Shown here: positions 12,489 through 23,485 of the stretch, piece by piece | Position numbering within the stretch: the stretch's first letter is position 1 | Layout: the number at the start of each line of letters is the position of its first letter | From: Eledone cirrhosa | Taxonomy: Eukaryota | Assembly: GCA_964016885.1 (NCBI GenBank) | Contig: OZ024740.1 | Location: forward strand, 146,878,001 to 146,942,000 | Direction: 5' to 3' | DNA: 64,000 bases | Program-made: the position numbers and the translations under genes | Notes under the pieces: generated by a model | What the model was told of the DNA's origin: nothing | Databases searched by the model: none | Seen by the model: the letters and a program-made list of their open reading frames with translations, nothing else

Positions 12489-14625
12489 ATGGCTACAAAA
12501 AAGAATTTTCACAAGTCACTCCCACTCATTCCGTCTTCTTCTTCCTCAATCGTCACTACACCATAGAGAAGACTGTCTCTCTCCCTCCCTTCTCTAACTG
12601 TGTCTCTCTCCCTCCCTTCTCTAAATGTGTCTCTCTCCCTCCCTTCTCTTTCGCAAGCGACGCCAGTAAAGAAAAGTAATTTCCAAAATCACGTGCAAAA
12701 CGTGGAACATTTCTCCACGACGACGACAACGACGAAAAAGGAGTGCGGTAAATACGAAAACCCATTTCATTCGTCTGACGTCATGAATAATAGCAGTAGC
12801 AGCCTTAATAACAACAGCAGCAGCAGCAACAGTGACAAGGAAAACAACAGTAGCAGCCGCAACAGCATTAGCAGCAGCATAAACAACAACAGCATTAGCA
12901 GCAACAGCAACAACAACAGCAGCAACAGCAACAACAACAACAACCACAGCAACAGCGGGGGCGGCAGTCGTAGTACCAGCAGCAACAACAAAAGTAACAG
13001 CAGCTCTGACGACGACAACAACAACAACAACAACAAAGAAAAACCAATCTCGTTTGCAGGTATCGCAAAGAACCTGGAAACCATCCTTATAACAAATGAG
13101 GAATTACAGGAAGCAAAGAAGATGGTGACGAAAACCGGACACCGAGCAATCTGCAAGGCAGCCGAAAATTTTTTCGAAACCCAACAGCACTGTACGGTCA
13201 CGTACCGTACAATAAGTACAAAATCCCGTAGGGTTGAAAGGGCCACAGAGGTTCAAATACAAAAAGCCTTAGGGTCTGTGTGGCAGCGGAAAACGCATAT
13301 CACCCGAGGCAAGAAATATGCCACCGTGGATGTGCTTTTTGCCACACCCCAGGAGGCAAAGGCTCAATCCTTAGTGACCCTAAGGAGCGAGGAAATGGTG
13401 TTGGTGCCCTCCTACTGCGGACAAAAAATTGTGAGGGTCAAACTGACCCCACCCCCCGGGATGGCCCCTTCTTGGCTGGCCGCGTCTGTCCTCGTCGGAA
13501 TCGAGGACAAAACAATTGTACTGCAAGTACAGAAAAAAATACGAGAAGATTGGGTCGGCACCTCCATTGAGATGTTAACCCAAACCAACCAGGAGTGCAT
13601 CGAAGCTATCCCGGATGTGATAGACTTTGATAACGGCAGTCAACTGCCCATAAGTGTTGAGGGAAAACGCCCGAAATGCTTTCGCTGTGGATCGAAGACT
13701 CACCTCAGGGCCTTCTGCAATGAGAACACCCTGAGAAAGGAGAAAACCCCCCTCCTTCCGAAACCGGCTCCACTGCTACCAGCAACAGGACAGGCGGCAA
13801 CCAGGAAGGATAGGTCCGTGGCACCCATACCCACGCCACGGAAATCAAGAACAGCAGCAGCAGTGGAAGTATTAACAACAACAACAGCAATATCAACTGC
13901 AGCTGCAACAGAGACTCCACTGCAAACATCACCAACAACAACAAGTGAAAGAGTGGAGCTGGTACCCCTCCCCTACCTCACAGAATCGGACATAGAGTGT
14001 GAGGTGGGAGAGGGATGGCAAAAGGTCGCAAGAAGGCACAAACGCAGAAGCAGCGCATCGTCGCCTTCGAAAAGGGAGGAAAGAAAAGAAAAAAGAGTAA
14101 AGGCTACTGCAAAGAGATTTACAGCAGCAATACCACCAACACCATCACCACCCACACTAGCACCACCATCACCACCGGCGGCAACCCCACCGCCAACAAG
14201 CACCAACATCGCAAACACAACAAAACACACACAGCCAGCAACAACGACAAGAAAATAGCAGAACCACACCCCACCCCCAGAAAAACAAATGCACAACAAT
14301 AAATAGACATAACAAGAAATTAATGACTTACATAATTGAACACACAGACATTTCACAGCACGACTACATAATATCAGCACCAATCAAAACACCAACGAAC
14401 ATAAGACTGGTAAAAATAGCACAGAAACAATACACAAACATTAAAACGAAATTCCCCAATGCAGTTGGTGATTTCAGAGACCTACTCAACCGGAGAGTAT
14501 ATTCGGATATACTCACAGAAGAGCCGACGACCAGCCGAAGGGGCGATTCAACGGTCCCTTCACCAGACGATCAAGTGAAAAGGGATGGTGAAACCATCCC
14601 TCCTCTGCGAGAAGAAGTAAGGTAA
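12489..14625 (+). pseudogene. Tx1 ORF1 (gag-like RNA-binding protein)
   Basis: aaaacATGGCT start shared with copy 2; premature TAG at 12564; N/S-rich tract, RRM-like region, CFRCGSKTHLRAFC knuckle, T/P-rich tract, frameshifted C-terminal LVKIAQKQYTNIKTKFPNAVG. Confidence 0.8.
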
Positions 14626-14659
14626 GTGGTCTTTCCCATCTTTTCCACTCCATTTCAAT

Positions 14660-17600
14660 ATGACCTCACTCAGAATAGGCAGCATAAATGCGCGTGGCTT
14701 GGGGTCGTCATGGAAGCAGAGCCACCTGCTCAACGACCTCAGGTCACTAAACATAGATGTAGTGGCCATCAGCGAGACCAGAATCTCCGAAGCGCGGGCC
14801 TTCGCACCGATCTTCGGCGGCTACGATGTGTACGCATCTCCCAGCCGTCCTGGATCGGGGAGAGGAGTTGCTGTGCTTTTTCGGAGAGGTTTGGATCTCG
14901 CCATTCGGGCCATCTTCCTGGACCCAGAAGGTAAGTTGGTGGTGCTGGACGTGACCAGCGGAGAAGGGCAAGCTTTCAGGCTAGTGACCGTATATGCCCC
15001 GACAGGAGCAGGGCGGCCTGATTTCTTCAGGCGTCTGGAGACCATTCTAGGAACGTCCCGCTCTTTAGTGTTAGTGGGCGACTGGAACGGGATCTTAGAT
15101 GCACGCTGGGACTGTGTGGGATTAGCGGATAGGGGAGGAGGGTGCAAGAGCCTCACCAACCTGCTCAAGCGTTTTGAACTGTCTGACAGGTACCGATTGG
15201 ATTTCTCGAATGTGCCAATGTGGACTTGGACAAATCGTATCGGGTCATCCAGATCATATCTAGATAGAGTATTTTGTAGGGAAATAGATAGGTCTAGCAT
15301 AGGCTATCCACAATTCAAGATAGTCAGCTACACGGACCACAAATTCGTGATCTGTGTGCTTGACTTAGATGAGCTTCATAGACGAGGACCCGGCTACTGG
15401 AAGCTAAACGCGTCCTTACCAGCGCGCAAGGCCTACAGAGACCGGATTAGCGAACTAGTTAAGCGGGCGTTGACGGGGGCCATCGTCAACAACAAGTGGT
15501 GGTTTGCTCTGAAAGGAGCGATTAGAACAGAGTCCATTAGGTTTAGTAAGGCTTTAGCTATAGAGAAAAATAGAGCAGAGGGAGAACTAGTTAGAAAATT
15601 AGACGAGGCGCTTAGCAAAGGCATCGCGACCGACGGACTTGCGGCGAAATTGGCCCTTGACCAATTCTTCAATACAAAGCACGAAGGCTGCGCGTTTTCA
15701 GAGCTAGGGTGCGTGCTCTCAGACACAAGGGGACGAAAGCCGTTCAATGGGCCCGAGTGGCGAGGGCGCGTCGTGGCAACAAAGCCACGATTCGGTCTTT
15801 GGTGGACCACGACGGGCGCATGCTACTCGATCCCGGGCAAATGTGTGAAGCTTTTCAGCGACACTTCGCTCAACTGTTCGGGGGCAGCGGCGGGCCTGAT
15901 CGAGGGATAGACTTTAGTGTCTACCTCGACGGACTGCCGCGGCTCCCGGCCACTGAGGCGGAGTGTTGCGAAAGGCCTATAACAGCCGCTGAAGTACGGG
16001 AGGCAATAACTGGCTGCACAAGGGGTAAATCGCCTGGTTTGGATGGTCTGCCCTATGAACTTTACGTACAGATGCCAGACTTGTTCGGAGGCCTCTTGGC
16101 AGACGTCTACTGCAACTGGCAACAGAACGGGAGAATTCCCAGCTCTGTGAGCCGAGGAGCGGTGGCGTTGCTGAGAAAGGATCCGAACAAGGGGGATAAC
16201 AGATACTTTCAGGCCCACACTCTGCTAAACACAGAGTTCAAGATTTTGGCCAAGGTGCTAGCAAAGAGGTTGGCGCTTGTCGTTGGTGGTCTGGTAGGAG
16301 AGGCGCAGAAATGCGCCATTCCCGACAGATCCATTCACGACAACCTCCACCTCATGCGATACATAGTGGAGAGGGTAGCTAGGGAACCTGGCACGGGTGG
16401 GTCTTTGATCAATTTAGATCAATCGAAAGCCTTCGATAGGGTCGACCATCGTTACCTAGCTGCAGTCCTGAGGGCGGCTGGCTTTTGGCCCGTCTTCAGA
16501 GGCTGGATCGCTGCCATGCACAGCGACATCTGCTCTGTGGTGAGAGTGAACGGTCACCTTTCGGAACCGTTCAACATTATGCGCTCGGTCCGCTAAGGAT
16601 GTCCTCTCTCGTCCCTCTTGTACGTATTGACTCTCGAACCATTACTGCACAAACTAGAGACGTTGAGGGGGGTCCCGCGCGAACTAGGATGCGGAAGATC
16701 CGTGTCAGCATATGCGGACGATTTCACGGTAGTGGTGTTGAACGCCAAACACATCGAGGCGATCGGCACTACATTAAGAGAATACGAAGCGGTGACAGGA
16801 GCAATGATCAACCAGGAAAAGTCAGTGGGCCTGCAGCTCGGCACCTGGAGACGCAGGTCCATGCCGTCCAACAGCGTTGTCGGGCGCTGGACGGACGGAC
16901 CGGTTAAATTGCTAGGGTCTGGTTCGGTCCGGACCTCCAGACGGACAAAAACTGAGACTGGGTGACGAGCAGGGTGGCTTCTCTCACCCAGAAATGGGCG
17001 GAGAGGAAGCTATCCCTGAAAGGTCGAGTGGAGGTGGCTAACGCGTACATCGCGTCCGTCATCTACTACTGCCTGACCGTCGTACCTTGTCCTAAGCCCC
17101 CTTGACTGCGCTGGTGCATTTGCTCTTTCGCTTTTTGTGGAAGGGACGCGCTCCGATGGTCTAGCGGTCCACCTGCTGTCAACACTCGCTACGTGGAGGG
17201 CTGGGCATGCCGTGGCTGATGATGCGCAGACATGCGCTCAGGCTACGACATCTCCACCTCTTCCTCGACGGTGATCAGGTGTGGTCGCCGTTTGCTAGAC
17301 GCGTCTTTCCCCAGCTCGTCTCCTTGACGGAGTTGCAGTCCTGGGTCAAGCGAAGACCGAGAGGGAGCGCTTGGAGACTGGAACGTCTTCAGGCGCTCAC
17401 AGCCCTCGACCAATCGAGCAATGTGATCGTGGAAACTCCACCTTGGCGTTCTATAGAGGTTTAGTGGAGGGGAAGAGCGACGACGAACTTGGGGAAACTC
17501 TTGGCGTCGACGAAAATCAGCTAGCCAATCTCTTCGTAAGAACTTTCGGGCCGGGGCCTATGGACAACTTCCAGAAATCCTTGGCCTGGCAGTGCTACCG

Positions 17601-17943
17601 AGGAGCTTTTCCAGTTCGGGATAAACTCTACAGGCATGGAGGTGCCGTCAGCCGGGCATGTCCGAGATGCGCGCAGGGCGACGAAACCGTCCTGCACGCA
17701 CTCGTCCAGTGTCCGAGCTTTGCTGGCTTGTGGGTTTATGTCGAACACCTACTGTCACGTGTAGAACGGATCCAGCTATCAGCTGAGTCCATCGTGAGGA
17801 TTGCCCCGCCCTCTTCCTTTAGCCGGGAAGGGCAGGCAGTTTTTATCTGGTGGCCATGGCGAAAGAGATAGTATGGTGGACGCGGCTGAAAGGGCTGAAG
17901 ACGAGCACTTACCTCTTCGGTGATGCCCTGATTAACTTTTTCA
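14660..17943 (+). pseudogene. Tx1 ORF2 (APE endonuclease-reverse transcriptase)
   Basis: SINARGL, SET, VYAP, GDWN, YLDR, TDH, GPGYWKLN, KSPGLDGLP, LDQSKAFDRVDH, AYADD, GGLGMP, CPRC..ETVLHALVQC; several frameshifts and stops. Confidence 0.92.
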
Positions 17944-18005
17944 TATATATATATATATATACAATATATTAATAAATGGAGAAACTATATTTATAAAACC
18001 ATATT

Positions 18006-18071
18006 TATTTTATTATATATATTTCAAGGGCAACCAAGGCAAATTATGGTCCGCTTTCATCAGATAAAATA
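18006..18071 (-). ncRNA. Minimal type I hammerhead ribozyme (intact core)
   Basis: UAUUUUAU-CUGAUGA-AAGCGGACCA...UGGUUGCCCUU-GAAA-UAUAUA-UA-AUAAAAUA; 8-bp stem I, palindromic mini stem III, predicted cleavage after AUA between 18014 and 18013. Confidence 0.75.
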
Positions 18072-18199
18072 CAGATTTGTTTTATAAATAAATATTGACA
18101 TACCCGGAAAAAAAGACAACCTTAACGGTTGGAGCTTCCTGGATAGTTATGGTTGTCTTTTTTCCGGGTATGTCAATATTTATTTATAAAACAAATCTG

Positions 18200-18265
18200 T
18201 ATTTTATCTGATGAAAGCGCACCATAATTTGCCTTGGTTGCCCTTTAAATATATATAATAAAATA
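18200..18265 (+). ncRNA. Hammerhead ribozyme copy with core mutation (GAAA to UAAA)
   Basis: CTGATGA at 18208-18214; the GAAA position 18246-18249 reads TAAA. Confidence 0.6.
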
Positions 18266-18420
18266 AATATGGTTTTATAAATATAGTTTCCATTTATTAA
18301 TATATTGTGTATTTACTCCACTAACTTGTTGAGTGCTTTATATCAGTTATAAAAATGTTTAAGCTTGTTGAATCCCAACAAATTAAATATAACCTCTGCA
18401 TATATATATATGTATATATA

Positions 18421-18548
18421 TGTGAGCGCCTGAAGACATTCCAGTCTCCAAGCGTTCTCTCTCGGTCTTCGCTTGACCCAGGACTGCAGCTCCGTCAAGG
18501 AGACGAGCTGGGGAAAGACGCGTCTAGCAAACGGCGACCACACTTGAT
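18421..18548 (-). repeat. Inverted duplicate of Tx1 ORF2 segment 17274-17401
   Basis: Reverse complement matches the source with about 5 substitutions by eye. Confidence 0.9.
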
Positions 18549-18867
18549 TCAAAATATTAATAAATGAAGACGTTCACATAATCATTATATATATTTCGGA
18601 GGTACTGTGCTGTTTTTTCAGTACGTCCTCATCAGATAAAATACATGAATTGATGTATGACATACTTCAACTGTCTTGATGGTTCAATTCCAGTATTGGC
18701 AGCACAGTACCTCCGAAATATATATAATAAAACATATATTTTGATTATGTGAACGTCTTCATTTATTAATATTTTGAATAATATTAATTACTCCAGAAAC
18801 CTGCCCGTAGAGTGCTTTTAATCTATTGTAAAACTATATTCATTGAGTAATCAATGAACCATATTAA
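18547..18867. mobile_element. Palindromic PLE pseudo-LTR element of a second family (hairpin 2)
   Basis: Arms 18547-18612 and 18700-18779; extension tactccagaaac...gagtgct...ATGAACCATATTAAT.TTTGGTTA into (TA)n. Confidence 0.8.
18586..18643 (-). ncRNA. Hammerhead core with 3' strand of stem I deleted
   Basis: UAUUUUAU-CUGAUGA-GGACGUACUG..CAGUACCUCC-GAAA-UAUAUA-UA; the AUAAAA partner strand survives only in the opposite arm. Confidence 0.6.
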
Positions 18868-18874
18868 TCTTTGG

Positions 18875-18917
<43 letters not shown>

Positions 18918-18972
18918 TTCTTTTGTTTTTTCTATTATTATTATTACTGTCGTTATTGTTATTTTTTTTTCT

Positions 18973-19020
18973 CGTGCAATGGCCATACTCGATAACGAGG
19001 GGGCAGTCATCATGTATGTA
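18973..19020 (+). mobile_element. RTE-derived SINE-like 3' tail
   Basis: cgtgcaatggccatactcgataacgagggggcagtcatcatgtatg matches 37056-37101(-). Confidence 0.6.
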
Positions 19021-20753
19021 AAAGGTAGGCTACTGGCACCTTGAAACCAAATTGTTTTGGGCAGATAGGGCTCGTCAACCAAGGCCTGTAGCCCGTATAA
19101 GTGAAAGAAAACAATGATTTAAAATCTGCAATGCCATGCAGCTATACCCACTTATGGAAAAGGCTTCGGGAGTCAACCCTGAGGAAAAGTACGGCAGTTT
19201 TGAAGGCAGTTCGAGGCTGTAATCAGTAACGTCCTAGCCACTCCTGTGACGGCACTGAAACCATGCATATCGGCACTTGCTTTCTATTTGTTTATTTCAG
19301 TGACAGAGGGAGGTAGGTATACTACATGGATAACAACTTGTTCCCCATATCTACCTAGCCAGGTTTTGCACACAGGAAAAGCAGGGAGCAGTAGTTTACC
19401 GACTATAAGTCTTGTGCTCAATTGGCGTAGAGCCAGTCTGAAATAGGCCTGTCAAGCCACAACCGACGATGCGCCATAAACAGCATCCAGTGCACAACTC
19501 CATAATTTCCCGAGACTGACGGATGCCAATAATGTAATAGAACCACACACTCCACCTACTTAACTTCTTCCCTTCTTGATCCGTTTACTTTTTACCATGG
19601 ATATCCAGATCCTCTACACTGTGATTGCTAATAACGGCATACTCTAATTCTTTTGTAGCATCACATTACACTCCAATTCACCCTCACGTACTCTTCTCTG
19701 TCTCAGTGAACTGCTTCTCTTTATCATAGCACTTTTAAAGGTGTCTCCAATTAAGCCAATATGTTAGTAGAGTACTTTGAGTCTGATGTCTTCACATGTT
19801 TCACCGTCTCTACCTCAGAACAATACGGCCGTTATATCAGCGACTGTATCACCAGCACCTTTTCTTGTCAACAGCTGATTTCGTTCGTCAACTACTTCTA
19901 CCCTACCTAAGAATTCATATTTAACACTCCCGTTAACTTTTTTGGGTATCCCTGTTTCAAATGACCACCCCAACCACTCAATCCCCGTGTTTTACAAACC
20001 TGTTGATTCTTCATAACTCCATTTCATCTCAATGTACCTCAGTCACATTAAATCAGCTATTCCTTAGTCAAAATTCCTCTTGCCGAGACTCTGACTTTGA
20101 GGTTGTATGTATGTATGGACCCATAACTCCTGTTGGAGTCGTTTAGGTGCAGTAGTGCCATAAGACATGTCTTGGGGATTTTAAACCTTGCAGAGCCCAC
20201 CACTCTCTAGGTCCGAACACAGCTGATTTCTTACAGAGAAGGAGAGTGTGATAGCGAAGAAGTGAGAAAAAGACAGAGGAACAATTGACCCGGTACTGAA
20301 CTGGTACTTTTTTTATTGATCTCGAAAGGACGAAAGACAAAGTCGATTTCGGTGTGATTTGAACTCTCTTCCCACTCACCTTTCATCCTACCACCTTTCC
20401 GACCTTTCCAGTATACTATCCTCCGACACTTTGGTTTTCTCCAATCTAAATATGCTACTTTTCACCTCTTACCTGGTGCGACTCTCTGATAGACAACAGA
20501 TTGGTACTTATTTTATCGATCTTTTTTTATTATTAGACCGTGAGCTTATGAGACACAAAGATACAAACAAGTAAATAAACACACACACAGACACACATAC
20601 CCCCCACACATACACATCCCCCCTCACACATACACACCGCGTGCGCGCGCGTGTGTGTGAGTGTGTGTGAATGCTAAAGCACAAACTTTTTTCTAGACAC
20701 TTGAGCCGCATGTATGTGCATTTGTGTGTGTGTGTGTGCGTGTGCGTGTGTGC

Positions 20754-20844
<91 letters not shown>

Positions 20845-21550
20845 CGTGTGTGTGTATTCATAATCTAAACTATAATAAAGTAAGGAGTGCGGGACTGCGT
20901 ACGGTTTATTTCTTTTAATCCAGTTAGTAAAATAAGTTGGATTACTTTGAATAAAAAGTTAATGAATATTACATAATTTATCTACTAAATTTCATAGCTG
21001 TTGATTAAATATATTTTATTGCTTATTTAAAGATTCACTTCTTTAAAATTTCAAATGTCAACACTTCCGGTTAGCGATCGCTTAAATAAACATTCATATA
21101 TTTCCGTCACTAATTTTCTCCTAATGCAGTTTATATATAATATTGTCTTTTTTTAATGTATCATGGATTACGTTACTGATTATATATGGCAGTGTAACGC
21201 AGTCTTCGTTCAATTTCTGTGTATATTGTCAATTACGATTTTATTTGATATATCATCTACATGCATGTATACTTGCGTATAATATCAATATGCACACAAC
21301 ACATGCTAGCAGAAAACCACCCGAAGAGTGGTTTTTCTGCTAGTCTTGGTAATGTCATAATATATTACAAGATATTACAAATTACCCATGGCATGAGGTA
21401 AATCTTGAGCATGTGTTTTTACTCGGATCGACTGTAGTATTGTGAGTGAAGTTGAGTCGATGGAGACTGTGTTATTAAATAAGTCCTTTGTATCTCATAA
21501 ACCTCTACTACCATGATACTATTATTACTATCCACTACTACTATTACTAA

Positions 21551-21743
21551 GACGGTCGATTGGCAGTATCGGTAAAGTGTCGGACGCCATGCTTTGATGC
21601 ATAGAGTTATGGCTCTTTCCATTCTGAATTCAAATCCCACCGAGGTTAACTTTGCCTTTCATCCTTACGAGGTCGATAAAATAAAGTACCAGTAATGCAC
21701 TGGGCAATTGCTGGCCTTGTGCCAAAAGTAGAAACAATTATTA
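21551..21743 (+). mobile_element. tRNA-derived SINE with Meta-like domain
   Basis: tggcagtatcggta..gaattcaaatccc head, gcctttcatccttacgaggtcgataaaataaagtaccag body, ccttgtgccaaaagtagaaacaatt tail; many copies in the window. Confidence 0.8.
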
Positions 21744-22017
21744 CTATCCACGTTCCTTATTAATTCCAAAATACAGTTTTTTATTTCGGCCTTCTATTAG
21801 AGTAAGGGGTGTATATGAAGGTATATATGATATGTTTATGTATAATAAACATAGATATAATAAACATAGATAGATGTTATGGATGTTTTAAGCTGTGATC
21901 ATGGCATTCTCTCTATTATCATTGTAACGAATCTGTGTTTGGATTTCAACATTTCAACATTTCAAATCATCCAAACGCTTCGATAAAATTACAATTATAT
22001 TTTCCATGTTCATACTT

Positions 22018-22229
22018 TTCTGGACAGATTTTACAGGCAAAGCCAACCGGCAGGAGACCCAGGGGTAGACCCCGAGCAAGATGGTTGGATAACATCCATG
22101 AGCTTGGCTGGTCTCACTTGGGAATCCAGCCGGATCAGTTGGAGATGGTTGCTTCTGACAGGACCCGCTGGAGGAAGTATTTGACGACTCTGCCCCCACG
22201 ACCCTCTCACGAATAAGTGGGCGAAGAAG

Positions 22230-22259
<30 letters not shown>
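22018..22259 (+). mobile_element. RTE-clade (Rex3/Expander-like) 3' end with (GAA)n tail
   Basis: PTGRRPRGRPRARWLDNIHELGWSHLGI...LPPRP*; probable TSD gttcatactt (22008-22017)/gttcaaactt (22259-22268). Confidence 0.75.
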
Positions 22260-22260
<1 letters not shown>

Positions 22261-22270
22261 TCAAACTTAA

Positions 22271-22703
22271 CCCATTTTAATACCGACCCACCCAAACCAA
22301 CACGATTCTATGTTAACAAACCGCTTGTTTTAAACTATTCATATTTAAATTAATTATGTAAAAATGTCTTTATTAAGCGATGTATTATACTATTAATTCT
22401 AACATTGGCACAAGGCCAAAAACTTGGGGGTTAGGGTAAAGTTGATTATATTAACCCAATAATTGACTGGTACCTTATTTTATCGACATCGGAGGGATGA
22501 AAAGCAAAGTTGATCATGGCAGAATTTGAACCCAGAAAAAATACTGCTATGCGTTTGTCCGATGCTCTAACGCCTTTGCCAAACCACTGCCCTTCACACC
22601 ATCTTAATAATATAGTTAGTTAATTTACTAAATCCCTTCAAATTGTTGATTGCTTAGAAAAACATTGGTGGTGTATTTCACTAAAAATATGATAGTGAAA
22701 GGG
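22271..22703. mobile_element. piggyBac-like MITE containing a nested SINE (about 22396-22596, minus)
   Basis: TTAA|CCCATTT ... GAAAGGG|TTAA ends. Confidence 0.5.
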
Positions 22704-23181
22704 TTAAATATTTTTCCTCTACTATATTTAACTCCAGGGGATAAATTAGGAAATTCTCAATTGCATTAAACTATCTATCTATATTGAATTATTACTTCCG
22801 TGCGTACAACTGACCAATCACTCACCGTCAACTATTCTTACACGTATCTCCCCCCGCCCCCCCCCCCCCCCCCCCCACACACACACCTCCTCCACTTCCC
22901 CTCCTACCTCCCCACCATCATCATCTCTCCTCTCCCTCTTCCTCCCTTTTCATATTCAACGAAATAATTCGCGTATTATTAAGTTTATCAATTTCAAGAG
23001 CATATCAACATGTACCTGATTCAGTCAGAGATATAGCAGCTGCTACCCATTCAACCAGATATCCAATCAGCTTAGTGAGCTACTTATGTAAACCACACCT
23101 TCCATCGTTAGAACATCTACCGATCTATGTGTAGCGAGCCTTCGCTAGAATGTGCCTGAGTGAGTGTCATCGTTGTGTGCC

Positions 23182-23400
23182 TGTGTGTGTGTGTGTGTGT
23201 GTGTGTATGCATGCATGTATATATGCTTGCATGTATATATGTATGCTTGCATGTATGTATGTATGTATGTATGTATGTATGCATGCATACACGTATGTAT
23301 AAATGTATGTATGTATGCATACATGTATGTATGCATGTATGTATGCATGCATATATATATGTATATATGTATGTATGTATGCATGCATATATATATGTAT

Positions 23401-23485
<85 letters not shown>
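23182..23485. repeat. Compound (GT)n/(TATG)n/(CA)n microsatellite
   Basis: Direct reading. Confidence 0.95.

Larger units (their letters stand above)
12276..17943 (+). mobile_element. Tx1/L1-clade LINE copy 1, 5'-complete, 3' end deleted
   Basis: Starts right after (ATT)n; ORF1 with CCHC knuckle, ORF2 with APE endonuclease, RT and C-terminal zinc finger; stops at attaactttttca|(TA)n where copy 2 continues. Confidence 0.92.
17961..18410. mobile_element. Palindromic non-autonomous PLE pseudo-LTR element (hairpin 1)
   Basis: Inverted arms about 17961-18126 and 18146-18308; right arm plus extension is homologous to the 3' end of the large PLE (47233-47482); (TA)n on both sides. Confidence 0.85.

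Noticed and set aside
12621-14383. Long antisense ORFs over Tx1 ORF1 (poly-L, V, A)
   Set aside because: Shadow frames of triplet-repeat coding sequence
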